A stretch of DNA of 64,000 nt from an uncultured Candidatus Poseidoniales archaeon (lineage in GTDB: Archaea > Thermoplasmatota > Poseidoniia > Poseidoniales > Thalassarchaeaceae), in NCBI GenBank assembly GCA_902573015.1, contig CACGIE010000004.1:8907-72906 (forward strand), in the 5' to 3' direction. Below, piece by piece: positions 18,080 through 28,464 of the stretch (positions are counted from its first letter, which is position 1; every line of letters starts with the position of its first letter). The notes under the pieces were generated by a model. The model had not been told where the DNA came from, did not search any database, and saw only the letters and a program-made list of their open reading frames with translations. The position numbers and the translations under genes were made by a program.

Positions 18080-19366
18080 TCAAGGATGATCAGGGACTTC
18101 TTCAGACCAGTCTGACATCTTGTTCAGAGTGATGGTCACATTAGTCACCTCCCCCTGCTCCCAATAATCAACACCAACGAATGTCGGCCTATTTCCTACA
18201 GTTTCCCAGCATAACAGAGCTCTCTCCAATAGAGTATCGTAAGCATTGACCTGAGAAGCTTTGACTGGATCCGGAAATCCAAAATCGTTATTTAACCAGT
18301 TATTCATATGCCAAACAGGTTGACTTGCATCGCCTCTACCTAGGTCACAAGTCATTTCTTCTTGGCTAGACTCTCCATACGGGGTATCCCAAGTGTGCTT
18401 CCAAGCCGGCAATAATTTAGTGAAATTATCTTCATATTCCATCTCGATGAAAATCAAGACATCAGTTCCAGATAGTGACATATCCCCTATAGATGGCCAT
18501 GGGCTTCCCAATTCGTGGATGTAAGCCCTCTCCAGGATTCCTGTTTCATTCAGCAGGTACTCCAGATGCTCCCCTGGTACCCGATGGTTCTGTATCAAAA
18601 GACTGACAACGTCTCCACTACTATTATTGTGGAGGGAATTGAGACTTCTGAGCCAAGCAAAGGCATCAACACTACCAAACAAGCATGGGGGTGTATTCGG
18701 CAAGGACGGTGCATGGCAAAAAACCACATCCTCTTTTTCACTATTAAACTCAGACTGGTGATGGGGGTCTAACATGAAGGCTCTGATGCCATCGTCCCAT
18801 TGACTTTGCAAACCAGTTAGATGGTTTATTCCAGCCATTATGCCATCTTCTGAGGTGGAAAATGAGTTATGAGTCTCTGCGAAGGTGAAATCGTCATATG
18901 TTCTCAGGCAATACCTAGCCTCTCCGTGACAGGTGATTAAGTCATTCGGATCCATCGGATCCAAGCCCCTTTCCAATTCCCAATCGTTGGGGAGATCATC
19001 GCCATCCGCGTCATCATCCCACTCATCGCACTCCATGTCCGCGTCTAGATCGTCTGGTACAGATTCACTATCAACCGGGTCAGTTCCGCACATCGCTTCC
19101 TCGGCATCACTCCAAGAATCCCCATCATCATCCAAGTCATTGAGGTCGCATTGTGAATCGCCATCAGTGTCAGTTGGGGTTACGTCAGCGTCATTTGGGT
19201 CCGTTGTGCAGTTCAGCTCCTCGGAATTGCTCCAACCATCGCCATCGATATCCAGATCCTCAGAGTCCTGAATGCCATCTCCATCCATATCAGGAGGGGG
19301 CCCTTCTAGGCATCCTGAGGTTATTAGCGAGACGCACAACAAAAAGGAGAACAATTTTTTTTGCAT
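18080..19366 (-). CDS. Secreted lipoprotein-like protein: thrombospondin type-3 Ca-binding repeats plus a PLC-like phosphodiesterase-like C-terminal domain
   Basis: Signal with lipobox-like LITSGC. About 130 aa of DxDxDGxxDxxD repeats (DMDGDGIQDSEDLDIDGDGWSNSEE...). The C-terminal part carries FAETHNSFS...GIRAFMLDPHH. The catalytic-domain call is tentative. Confidence 0.55.
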   Translation of the reverse strand: MQKKLFSFLLCVSLITSGCLEGPPPDMDGDGIQDSEDLDIDGDGWSNSEELNCTTDPNDADVTPTDTDGDSQCDLNDLDDDGDSWSDAEEAMCGTDPVDSESVPDDLDADMECDEWDDDADGDDLPNDWELERGLDPMDPNDLITCHGEARYCLRTYDDFTFAETHNSFSTSEDGIMAGINHLTGLQSQWDDGIRAFMLDPHHQSEFNSEKEDVVFCHAPSLPNTPPCLFGSVDAFAWLRSLNSLHNNSSGDVVSLLIQNHRVPGEHLEYLLNETGILERAYIHELGSPWPSIGDMSLSGTDVLIFIEMEYEDNFTKLLPAWKHTWDTPYGESSQEEMTCDLGRGDASQPVWHMNNWLNNDFGFPDPVKASQVNAYDTLLERALLCWETVGNRPTFVGVDYWEQGEVTNVTITLNKMSDWSEEVPDHP

Positions 19367-19401
19367 TTACCAGCATCCTACCTGTCAAATCCAGTCGCAT
19401 C

Positions 19402-20229
19402 CTAGTCCATCACGGTCTCGTGGTGGTTCGGTACGAAAGTCTGCTCAGTCATTGGGGGCCTCACGTATCCCCTCGCGGTCTTCCTCTCTGGCAGCTCTAT
19501 CGGCTCTGGAGTGAGGTCCTCGTACTCAATCATAGACAGTAGATGGTTAATGCAATTCAAGTGCGCGTGCCTCTTGATATCGGAGTTAACCACGAACCAA
19601 GGGGACTGCTTGGTGTCAGTGTGAGCGAACATCACGTCCTTCGCCTCAGAGTAGTCTTCCCAGCGCGTGAGTGACTCCAGATCCATCGGACTGAGCTTCC
19701 ACCTCTTGTGCGGTTCGTCCAGCCTTGCCTTGAACCGCTTCAACTGCTCGTCATCGGAAACTGAGAACCAGTACTTGATCAGAATCGTGCCGGACCTCAT
19801 CAGCATCCTCTCGAACATGGGGCACGATCTCATGAATTCGTCATACTCCCCCTCATCGCAGAATCCCATGACCCTCTCGACCCCGGCTCTATTGTACCAA
19901 CTTCTGTCGAACATAACTATCTCTCCCGCAGCGGGGAGATGATTGACGTACCTTTGGAAGTACCACTCGGTCTTCTGCCTCTCGGTAGGGGCTGGCAGAG
20001 CAGCCACTCTCACAACTCTGGGATTGAGGTACTGCGCGATCCTCTTGATCACGCCACCCTTCCCGGCAGCATCTCTGCCTTCGAAGACGATCACGACCTT
20101 GAGCCCCTTCGCCTTCACCCATTCCTGTAGTTTGATTAACTCTAATTGTAGCCTGAACAGCTCCTTGTTGTACTTCTTCTTCCCTATCCTCTCTATTTTA
20201 TCGCTCCCATTGCCGCCCATTGTAATCAA
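19402..20229 (-). CDS. ppk2: Polyphosphate kinase 2
   Basis: VIVFEGRDAAGKGGVIKRI (Walker A), FDRSWYNRAGVERVMGF and KRWKLSPMDLES. The match is strong over the full length. Confidence 0.9.
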   Translation of the reverse strand: MITMGGNGSDKIERIGKKKYNKELFRLQLELIKLQEWVKAKGLKVVIVFEGRDAAGKGGVIKRIAQYLNPRVVRVAALPAPTERQKTEWYFQRYVNHLPAAGEIVMFDRSWYNRAGVERVMGFCDEGEYDEFMRSCPMFERMLMRSGTILIKYWFSVSDDEQLKRFKARLDEPHKRWKLSPMDLESLTRWEDYSEAKDVMFAHTDTKQSPWFVVNSDIKRHAHLNCINHLLSMIEYEDLTPEPIELPERKTARGYVRPPMTEQTFVPNHHETVMD

Positions 20230-20289
20230 TCCCCCATAGCCGTCTTTGACAAAAGCCCTCTGGTCAAGGATTCGACGAATCCCGACGAA

Positions 20290-20952
20290 TTAAAGGAGGC
20301 TGACAAGATCAATCAGTGATGACCTAGGGTCTTCGGACTTGGTAACTCCACTAGCCAAAAGAACCCCCGAAGTGCCAAGTTCGATCGCCTTGGCCACGTC
20401 CCCACCGGTCTTTACCCCCGCACCGCATAGGATGCCAACACTCGTGGACACTTCTCTGACTGCTTGGGCCGTACCACTGACTATCCCAGGATCAGCGCTA
20501 GTTACCGAAGTCTCGCCGCCAATCAACTCCGGCGGCTCTACAGCAACAAAACCCGGCTCCAATGCCGCCAGTGCCCTTGCCTCGTGAATGTCTGCGGCAC
20601 AGGCGCAAACATGGAATCCATCGGGAATCTGCTCCATGAGCATAGCGACGTGCTCCAAGCTCACCTTATGTTCCGCATGATTGATCAGAGTTCCTGAAGC
20701 CCCCCTCTCCAATGCAGTTTCAGGATGCAGCCACCCCGTATTCGAACCGAAACCTACGGGATCAAGATGCTGACACCATACCTCCAGTCCCGGAGCAGCA
20801 GCGACTACGGCAGACAGATCGAATGCAGAGACCGCAGCAACCATCCTAGCCCGTGTGCCTATGCTCGCCATCGCTCTAGCCAGATCTTCGGCACACGCCC
20901 CGTGAGCAGTCTGGTAGGTCTTGAAATTAACAACAACTAGGGAGTCGCCCAT
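20290..20952 (-). CDS. tpiA: Triosephosphate isomerase, archaeal type
   Basis: LVVVNFKTYQ, INHAEHK, AVEPPELIGG and CGAGVKTG. I prefer the start at MGDSLVVVNF; the track ORF extends to 21003. Confidence 0.85.
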   Translation of the reverse strand: MGDSLVVVNFKTYQTAHGACAEDLARAMASIGTRARMVAAVSAFDLSAVVAAAPGLEVWCQHLDPVGFGSNTGWLHPETALERGASGTLINHAEHKVSLEHVAMLMEQIPDGFHVCACAADIHEARALAALEPGFVAVEPPELIGGETSVTSADPGIVSGTAQAVREVSTSVGILCGAGVKTGGDVAKAIELGTSGVLLASGVTKSEDPRSSLIDLVSLL

Positions 20953-21023
20953 GGCTCCCCGAGGGACTGGGTCTCTTTGACCATGACGGGATTTACAACC
21001 CATTATCCTATCTTTTTCTTGGT

Positions 21024-21974
21024 TTAACCATGATCAACGATTTTTGAACTCAGGTCGGAACCCTCTGGGATCCTGGCCCTCATCCCTATCAGGCACCCCT
21101 CGATGTTACAATTTGGGCCTATTTCCGCCCCCTCCAGAACAACTGAGTCGCGAACAACTGATCCTTCCTCGATGCAGGCTCCGAAACCTATCGCGCTTGA
21201 GAAAACCTCTCCTTTGTTCGTAGAACCTTCTCCGAACCATGAGTCTCTGTCAACTGAACCGCTGGAAAAACTACCAGCCGAGATACATGCTTGGCTCGCT
21301 TCTACGAACGATTGAGGAGTCCCCGCATCAACGAACCATCCTTCGAACGGGAAGCCATTCAAGCCACCGGTTGCAGCTAGGTTCTCGTACACATCCCTCT
21401 CCATGCTATGCGCTCCGTCGGGCATCAAATTGAATATCTCAGGCTCCAGGATGTATGCTCCCGCATTAATCAGATTGGAGAAAGCCTCCTCTATCGACGG
21501 TTTCTCTTGGAACCTCATTATCTTTCCACTCTCTTCCCTGTAGTCGGCGACACCGAATCGGGACGGATCCTCAACCTCCCACAGCGAGATGGTCCCAATT
21601 CCTCCATTACTCCTATGGAATTCGAGCATCTCTTCCACTCTGAGACTGGTAATTAGGTCTCCGTTGATTACGCAGAATGTGCCTCCGGAGAGATGCTCTC
21701 TGCAGTTGGCAATGGCCCCTCCAGTACCCAGTGGCTCGGTTTCCTCGATTATCTCTACCTCGTAGGGGAGACTAACTTTGGAGAAGTGATCTCGCATCTT
21801 CTCTACTCCATAACCAGCGGCAATGAGTATTCTATTGACTTGAGATTCAGGAATTATCCCCACAACATGCTCAATCATCGTCTTGTCTAGAATTGGTAAG
21901 AGGGGCTTCGGGACGCTTTCTGTCCAGGGACGGAGCCTTGTTCCGAAACCTCCAGCGAGAACTATGACATCCAT
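21024..21974 (-). CDS. Sugar-1-phosphate nucleotidylyltransferase with a C-terminal left-handed beta-helix
   Basis: VIVLAGGFGTRLRPWTESVPKPLLPI signature, with hexapeptide-like repeats in the C-terminal third. Confidence 0.85.
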   Translation of the reverse strand: MDVIVLAGGFGTRLRPWTESVPKPLLPILDKTMIEHVVGIIPESQVNRILIAAGYGVEKMRDHFSKVSLPYEVEIIEETEPLGTGGAIANCREHLSGGTFCVINGDLITSLRVEEMLEFHRSNGGIGTISLWEVEDPSRFGVADYREESGKIMRFQEKPSIEEAFSNLINAGAYILEPEIFNLMPDGAHSMERDVYENLAATGGLNGFPFEGWFVDAGTPQSFVEASQACISAGSFSSGSVDRDSWFGEGSTNKGEVFSSAIGFGACIEEGSVVRDSVVLEGAEIGPNCNIEGCLIGMRARIPEGSDLSSKIVDHG

Positions 21975-22057
21975 GGGCGGTGGATCGAGCCTTTGCGTTT
22001 GAGCGCTTCGCGTCTGCGACTGTCATAATCTCGATGCGTATCGTTGAAAGACGGACT

Positions 22058-23284
22058 ATGCCTCGCGAGGGTGTGAATATCCACGAGTACCAAGGTAAAG
22101 CCCTCTTCAGAGAAGAAGGTGTAGCTGTACAAGAAGGCGTTCACTGCACAACAGTCGACCAGGCTCTGGAAGCGTATGACTCTCTTGGAAGCAAGATCGT
22201 CGCCGTCAAGAGCCAGATACATGCGGGAGGACGCGGGAAAGGGAACCTCTACTGCCCCGACACTGGCGATTTGCAGATGGAGGGCGGAGTCAAGATTGCC
22301 TTATCGCGTGACGAGGTCGAGACCTATTCGAAAAACATCCTAGGGAACATTCTGGTGACCAAGCAGTCCGGTCCGGAAGGTAAGATGGTGAACAACCTGT
22401 ACATAGAGGCAGGCTGTGAAATCGCCCATGAGTATTATCTCGCTCTCTTAGTCGACCGAGAAAAGGATGCCATCTTGGTGATGGCTTCAACTGAGGGAGG
22501 TGTCGACATAGAGGAGGTTGCTGAGACTACTCCCCAGGCTATTCACAAAGCTTGGACCGACTCATCGGGGAAACTGCCTACTGGGGCTGACAGTGCGATG
22601 GCTGATTCCCTAGGACTCACAGGCGTATCAAAGGACTCGTTCAAAGAGATGCTAGGGCGCCTGGTTTCTATGTTCGTATCACGGGACTGTTCTATGGTTG
22701 AGATCAATCCTCTTGTGAGAGCAGGAGATGGTGCGATGATCGCGCTAGACTCCAAGATAAGTTTCGATGACAACGCCTCATTCAGGCATCCCTGGAGAGC
22801 GGAGATGAGAGACATGTCCGAAGAGGAAGAGGTCGAGATTAGGGCCAATAAATCCGGCCTGTCATACGTCAAATTGGATGGAAATATCGGTTGTCTGGTC
22901 AACGGAGCAGGATTAGCCATGGCCTCAATGGACGTGATCAAACTATACGGGGGCGAGCCTGCAAACTTCCTCGACATTGGGGGAGGGGCCAACAAGGAGT
23001 CAATCACCACTGCCTTCGGAATAATTCTCGAGGATCCAAATGTAGAGGGTATTCTAGTGAATATCTTCGGAGGAATCATTCGCTGTGATATGGTGGCTCG
23101 GAGCATAATAGATGCATCCAGGGAAGTCGGGCTTTCTGTTCCACTGGTGGTTAGATTCTCAGGAACGAACCACGAAGAAGGAAGGGACGTACTTGAGGAG
23201 AGCTCTCTGGAAGTCACCACCGTGGGTACGCTTGCCGATGGTGCCCAAGCAATCGTCGCTGCAACAGTTGGGGTGGACGCTTGA
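22058..23284 (+). CDS. sucC: Succinyl-CoA synthetase beta subunit
   Basis: [12 protein letters not shown]...[15 protein letters not shown]...EINPL...[18 protein letters not shown]. The start is the ATG at 22058 or the GTG at 22073; the longer track ORF is an upstream extension. Confidence 0.9.
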   Translation: MPREGVNIHEYQGKALFREEGVAVQEGVHCTTVDQALEAYDSLGSKIVAVKSQIHAGGRGKGNLYCPDTGDLQMEGGVKIALSRDEVETYSKNILGNILVTKQSGPEGKMVNNLYIEAGCEIAHEYYLALLVDREKDAILVMASTEGGVDIEEVAETTPQAIHKAWTDSSGKLPTGADSAMADSLGLTGVSKDSFKEMLGRLVSMFVSRDCSMVEINPLVRAGDGAMIALDSKISFDDNASFRHPWRAEMRDMSEEEEVEIRANKSGLSYVKLDGNIGCLVNGAGLAMASMDVIKLYGGEPANFLDIGGGANKESITTAFGIILEDPNVEGILVNIFGGIIRCDMVARSIIDASREVGLSVPLVVRFSGTNHEEGRDVLEESSLEVTTVGTLADGAQAIVAATVGVDA

Positions 23285-24210
23285 GTATCTGGATAAATGA
23301 ATCCAGCAAGGTCCTAGTTCAGGGAATTACTGGAGGCCAGGGAACATTCCACGCCACTCGAATGACGGAGTACGGGACAGATGTCGTAGGGGGGGTCACG
23401 CCTGGTAAGGGCGGCCAATTGGTCAATCTCCCTGGTCGGTCTGTCCCTGTCTACAATACCATGGATCAAGCCGTTTCTGAAACCGATGCTGATGTTAGCG
23501 TAATCTACGTTCCAGCGAGATTCGCAGCAGCAGCAATTGTCGAGGCCGCCGATGCCTTCAACGAAATCAAGGGCGAGGGATTGATTGTATGCATTACAGA
23601 GGGAATTCCTATCCTCGATATGATTAGATGCATAGGGCACATTTCGGAAATGCCTGGAATCAGGCTTATTGGCCCCAATTGTCCAGGAATCATAACTCCG
23701 GGAGAAAATGGTGGTTGCAAGGTGGGAATCATGCCAGGATATATCCACGCCAAGGGAAGAATAGGTATCATCTCGAAGTCCGGTACACTGACTTACGAGG
23801 CAGTAGCTCAAACCATGAGTGTGGGCGAGGGTCAGACTACGTGCATAGGTATCGGCGGGGATCCTATCAGTGGAACTGGATTCATAGACTGTCTTGCTGC
23901 CTTTGAGGATGATCCAGAGACTGAGGCCGTAGTGATGATTGGCGAGATCGGTGGGACAGCTGAAGAAGATGCTGCGGCTTGGGCTGCAGACAACTTCAGC
24001 AAGCCCATTGTCGGGTTCGTTGCAGGGGCAACAGCACCTCCCGGCAAGAGAATGGGGCACGCCGGGGCGATTATCTCCGGTGGAAAGGGAACGGCGGAGG
24101 AGAAGTTCTCCGCATTCGAGAAGGCGGGGATTCACATTGCCAGAGATCCATCGAAGATAGGGGAAGTACTAGTCTCGGTGTTGATTGAAGCCGGACTACG
24201 AGAGCCTTAG
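23281..24210 (+). CDS. sucD: Succinyl-CoA synthetase alpha subunit
   Basis: [34 protein letters not shown] and [13 protein letters not shown]. The TTG start overlaps the sucC stop (gcTTGAgt), suggesting translational coupling. Confidence 0.9.
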   Translation: MSIWINESSKVLVQGITGGQGTFHATRMTEYGTDVVGGVTPGKGGQLVNLPGRSVPVYNTMDQAVSETDADVSVIYVPARFAAAAIVEAADAFNEIKGEGLIVCITEGIPILDMIRCIGHISEMPGIRLIGPNCPGIITPGENGGCKVGIMPGYIHAKGRIGIISKSGTLTYEAVAQTMSVGEGQTTCIGIGGDPISGTGFIDCLAAFEDDPETEAVVMIGEIGGTAEEDAAAWAADNFSKPIVGFVAGATAPPGKRMGHAGAIISGGKGTAEEKFSAFEKAGIHIARDPSKIGEVLVSVLIEAGLREP

Positions 24211-24245
24211 GAACGAAGGCATCCAGCATGATCTAGTTGGTAACC

Positions 24246-25244
24246 ATGTCCGGCATATTCAACTCAGAATTGGACTCAATTCTTGAGGGGACATCACGCT
24301 CGTTCTACCTCTCCCTGAAGGAATTACCCAGGGCAATCAGACCCCAAGTAAGCCTCCTGTACATGCTTGCAAGGACTTCTGATACTATTGCCGACTCGGA
24401 AGGCGGGGAACCCAAGGAACTCATGGGAGCTCTAGAGTCATACGATGATTTCACACAAGGTCGATCCTCGGACGCTCCGGCACTGTCTTCATTCTCACAG
24501 TTTCAAACCAATAAATCGGAAGGGCTCCTTCTGAAGAACGTAGAGACAGTCGTTTCCAGGATTGAAGGATTCTCTGATTCAGATCAGGAGGCAATTCGCT
24601 CATGCTTGGGAATCATCATCAGTGGACAGATTCTAGATCTGAATAGATTCTCCCAAGGAGAGGGGGACGTATCCTCTATAGAGAAAAATGATGAATTAGA
24701 CGATTATGCATATCGAGTTGCTGGGAGTGTGGGTGAATTCTGGACTCGAATGTCATTAGCCCATCTTTTCAAATTAGACTCTGAGAAGGAGAACGAGCTA
24801 TTCGATAAAGCCGTTAGGTTCGGCAAGTCACTACAGATGATCAATATCCTCAGGGACATACCAGCAGACCTTGCCCTAGGTCGATGCTACATACCCAGAA
24901 AAAGCCTAGAAGAACACAAATTGAGCCCACAAGACCTATTGGACAAGTCGAAAATGGAGGCCTTCAGACCTCTTTATGACGAATATCTAGATTTGACCTC
25001 CAAGTATCTGGAGTCAGCAATCCAGTACATCGAAATGATACCTCACTCGCAGTTCCGACTCAGAGGGTCTTGTATGCTTCCAGTAATAATTGGAAAGAGG
25101 ACTGTTTCCCTACTTAGGGGTAGAAACGTTCTAGACCGAAAAGACAGAATCAAGATTGATAGATCGGAGATCAAAGATGTAGTCAAGCAGGTCGTCATGG
25201 CCGTCCCATTCAAAGGCTCAAGTAAGAGACTCCTAAGAGATTGA
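24246..25244 (+). CDS. Squalene/phytoene synthase superfamily protein, squalene-synthase-like
   Basis: SFYLSLKELPRAIRPQVSLLYMLARTSDTIADS (first Asp-rich region, closer to SQS LRALDTxED than to CrtB), YAYRVAGSVGEF and LQMINILRDIPADLALGRCYIP. Confidence 0.75.
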   Translation: MSGIFNSELDSILEGTSRSFYLSLKELPRAIRPQVSLLYMLARTSDTIADSEGGEPKELMGALESYDDFTQGRSSDAPALSSFSQFQTNKSEGLLLKNVETVVSRIEGFSDSDQEAIRSCLGIIISGQILDLNRFSQGEGDVSSIEKNDELDDYAYRVAGSVGEFWTRMSLAHLFKLDSEKENELFDKAVRFGKSLQMINILRDIPADLALGRCYIPRKSLEEHKLSPQDLLDKSKMEAFRPLYDEYLDLTSKYLESAIQYIEMIPHSQFRLRGSCMLPVIIGKRTVSLLRGRNVLDRKDRIKIDRSEIKDVVKQVVMAVPFKGSSKRLLRD

Positions 25245-25349
25245 TCACATATTTTCGAGTCTTTTCAACTCTAAAAATAGCGATGCGCACCCCAATCGTA
25301 CTCGGGAGACATTCAAGTGGACCCCAATGCCGCCAGTTTCTGAAGAGTT

Positions 25350-26600
25350 ATGGTGCCGAGCAAGGATTCCGACATCGAGATCGTTCTCGAGGGCGAACTG
25401 CATGAATCTATTTTTCCGGAAACATCAACCAGCCATGAAGAACAGATAGACATCGTCAGAGCGACTGTCGGCCTAACAAAGGAAGCTGCTAGAGCTATCA
25501 GTATTACTGCTATTGAGGCAGTTAGGGAGGGGGCTCTATTTATGGGGGTCATAGGATCAAGAGGTGAGTTGTTGGACCCATTCAAGCATATCGATGCAGC
25601 AATATGGTCAGAATCAGAAATCCCCGAGCATATGGTAGAAACATCGTACGAATTCTGCGAAGAACTCACTCGTAGGGAGGCAGGAAATTTTTACCACTCC
25701 TTCAAGTATCTCCCGGAGGAGAAGAGACAGTCAATAATGGCATACTACGCCTTCTGTAGAAGGGCCGATGACATCGCAGACGGAGACTTCGTGGACATTT
25801 TCCCAGGAGGATCATCGGATGATCCGGAGTCTGTGGACTACAGATCAAGTATTGAGCGTCTGAGCCCGGGGAATCCAGTACTGGATAGATCCACATACAA
25901 TGACAAGATGTCGCAACTATTCTACTACCGGAAGAAACTATCCACGGCATACGGCAATGTCACATCAACCGATCCGATTTTTATCGCCCTCAAGGATACT
26001 GTGAGAAAATACGGCATTCAGAGGCAACTTCTCGACGATATGATCAGTGGTATGGAGAATGACTTCCACAAGAACAGATATCAGACCTTCGAGGAACTGT
26101 ATTCATACTGCTACAGGGTTGCGTCCACAGTCGGTCTGGTCTGCATTGAGATTTACGGATACGACGATCCAAAGGCCAAGGAATATGCAGAGTCTTGGGG
26201 CGTATTCATGCAACTAATCAATATAATCAGGGACGTCGCGGAAGATGCCCAGCGCGATCGAATATACCTCCCAATGGAGGATTTAGCAAGATGGGGAATT
26301 TCAGAGGAAGATGTAAAGAGTGGTAAGGAACTACTCAACCACCCTGGATGGGCTCCTTTCGTAGAGGAGTATTTGGATAGAGCCGACGGATACAGGCAGC
26401 GCGCCTTCAAGCTACTCTCCCATCTTGACAAGTCGGCTCGATACTCCCCTGCAGCAATGGCATCTTTCTACCAATCGATTATGGCCAAGATAACCAAGAA
26501 GAACGGAGATGTTTTCACAGAGAGGATTCAGCTGACCAAGACCGAGAAGATAATACTTGCAGGATATGTGTACGCGAGGTACAGATTCTTTGGTTTCTGA
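25350..26600 (+). CDS. crtB: Phytoene synthase-like (CrtB/CrtM family) with an N-terminal extension of about 100 aa
   Basis: NFYHSFKYLPEEKRQSIMAYYAFCRRADDIADGD, YSYCYRVASTVGLVCIEIYG and QLINIIRDVAEDAQRDRIYLP. Confidence 0.8.
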   Translation: MVPSKDSDIEIVLEGELHESIFPETSTSHEEQIDIVRATVGLTKEAARAISITAIEAVREGALFMGVIGSRGELLDPFKHIDAAIWSESEIPEHMVETSYEFCEELTRREAGNFYHSFKYLPEEKRQSIMAYYAFCRRADDIADGDFVDIFPGGSSDDPESVDYRSSIERLSPGNPVLDRSTYNDKMSQLFYYRKKLSTAYGNVTSTDPIFIALKDTVRKYGIQRQLLDDMISGMENDFHKNRYQTFEELYSYCYRVASTVGLVCIEIYGYDDPKAKEYAESWGVFMQLINIIRDVAEDAQRDRIYLPMEDLARWGISEEDVKSGKELLNHPGWAPFVEEYLDRADGYRQRAFKLLSHLDKSARYSPAAMASFYQSIMAKITKKNGDVFTERIQLTKTEKIILAGYVYARYRFFGF

Positions 26601-26666
26601 TGGTAATAGCCCCATCATCAATTTTCGTATGGAAGATGTATTATTCAATAGTAAGGAGGATTAGAC

Positions 26667-28436
26667 ATGAGGGTGGCTGTTCTTCTTGAGGAGAGGTGCA
26701 AACCGAACAGCAATGCCTTTGCGTATCTGAAGAAGTACTCAGAGATGTGCGAAAGAGAATGTATTCAGGTAGAGGGATCAAAATGCAAGATTCTGGAGAC
26801 GGCATGTCCCGTTTGCTTCACTCGAGCCAAGCACTGTCCCGATGGGGCTGTAAAAATCATCAATCTTCCAGAGGAACTGGACACTGACCTAACTCATTCC
26901 TATGGTGAGAACGCTTTCAGGTTGTTCCGCCTGCCTTCTCCTCGACAAGAGCAGATAGTGGGAATATTAGGTCCAAATGGAATAGGCAAGTCAACGGCCA
27001 TAAACCTACTTTCCGGAACATTCAGGCCAAATCTCGGGGATTGGGAAAACTCATCACCAGATTGGGAGGAGGTAATTTCCACATTCCCAAGAGGTGAACT
27101 AAGAGACTACCTTGGCATGGTTTCGACAGGCAAAGTCAGCATTGCGGTTAAGCCCCAGTACATCGATAAGTTACCTCGAATATTCGATGGAGAAGTGAGA
27201 GAACTTCTAGCAAGAGTAGACGATAGGGAAGAAATCAAAAACTACACTGAACTCATGGGAATCTCCCATATTCTAGATAGAAAACTTGGGGATCTCTCTG
27301 GTGGCGAACTGCAGAGGGTGGCGATTTGTGCTACCCTACTCAAGGAGGCCGACGTCTACTTCTTCGACGAGCCATCTTCATACTTGGACATATATGAGAG
27401 AATGAGGATGGTGGGAGTGGTGAGGGGGCTTGCAGAAAAGGGGAAGAGGGTACTGGTAGTGGAGCATGATTTGGCAATCCTGGATGTTCTCTGTGATTTG
27501 ATTCACGTCATCTATGGGGAGAGGTCTGCCTATGGGATTTTTACTCCCCCCAGGTCTACAAGGACTGCGATAAATGCGTACCTTGACGGCTTCCTCCCAG
27601 AGGAGAATGTCAGGATTAGAGACAAGCCGATACAGTTCCTGAGGGGGCGAAATCGAGGTGAAGAGGTAGGTACTCCCATCCTTAAATGGGGAGATATTGA
27701 GAAGACTCTAGGAGACTTCAGACTGACTACAGGAAAGGGTGAGGTGAAGTCAGCTGAAGTCGTTGGAGTAGTCGGTCCAAATGCCACAGGAAAGACAACT
27801 CTGGTTAAGATAATTGCAGGAGAGATAGATCCCGACGAAGGTTGGTGTACCATGGATGCCAAGGTATCCTACAAACCTCAGCACGTTCGTGCAGACTTCG
27901 AGGGAACAGTACAAGAATGGCTCGATACGGAGATAGGAGGGAAATGGCGAAGCGGCGAATTCCACACCCAAGTAACTAGGGCCCTACAAGTTGACAAAAT
28001 GGTTGACTTGCACGCGACTAAACTTTCAGGAGGAGAACTTCAGGCCGTCAGCATCGCTATCTCCCTGGGAAAGGATGCGGATCTGTATCTGTTCGACGAG
28101 CCCAGTGCACATCTAGATGCCAATGCTAGAATGGAAGCTGCAAAAGCAATCAGGAGAACGATGGAAAGTAATGAGAAGGCTGCCATGGTCATCGATCATG
28201 ACACCTACTTCCTGGACATAGTTAGCGACTCTGTTCTGGTATTCCAAGGCGAGGGCGGGGATAATGGAAAGGCCATCGGCCCACTATCACTCCGAAAGGG
28301 CATGAACCTCTTCCTATCCGATGCCGATGTTACTTTCAGGAGGGATATAGAATCACATCGTCCAAGGATAAACAAGCCTTCGAGCAGGAAGGACCGAGAG
28401 CAGAAATCATCCGGCGAATACTTCTACTCCGACTAA
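26667..28436 (+). CDS. abce1: ABCE1 / RNase L inhibitor-type ribosome-recycling ATPase
   Basis: N-terminal Cys-rich domain followed by two ABC cassettes: GPNGIGKST and LSGGELQRV, then GPNATGKTT and LSGGELQAV. IINLP marks the domain junction. Confidence 0.9.
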   Translation: MRVAVLLEERCKPNSNAFAYLKKYSEMCERECIQVEGSKCKILETACPVCFTRAKHCPDGAVKIINLPEELDTDLTHSYGENAFRLFRLPSPRQEQIVGILGPNGIGKSTAINLLSGTFRPNLGDWENSSPDWEEVISTFPRGELRDYLGMVSTGKVSIAVKPQYIDKLPRIFDGEVRELLARVDDREEIKNYTELMGISHILDRKLGDLSGGELQRVAICATLLKEADVYFFDEPSSYLDIYERMRMVGVVRGLAEKGKRVLVVEHDLAILDVLCDLIHVIYGERSAYGIFTPPRSTRTAINAYLDGFLPEENVRIRDKPIQFLRGRNRGEEVGTPILKWGDIEKTLGDFRLTTGKGEVKSAEVVGVVGPNATGKTTLVKIIAGEIDPDEGWCTMDAKVSYKPQHVRADFEGTVQEWLDTEIGGKWRSGEFHTQVTRALQVDKMVDLHATKLSGGELQAVSIAISLGKDADLYLFDEPSAHLDANARMEAAKAIRRTMESNEKAAMVIDHDTYFLDIVSDSVLVFQGEGGDNGKAIGPLSLRKGMNLFLSDADVTFRRDIESHRPRINKPSSRKDREQKSSGEYFYSD

Positions 28437-28464
28437 GACGGACCATTGGCTTCTTGAGGGGCTA

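Noticed and set aside
22543-24135. Long antisense ORFs (225 aa at 22543-23220 and 273 aa at 23314-24135) on the minus strand
   Set aside because: They lie entirely inside sucC and sucD, whose translations carry unambiguous family motifs. The antisense translations are Ser/Pro/Leu-rich with no recognisable domain, which is typical of shadow ORFs.
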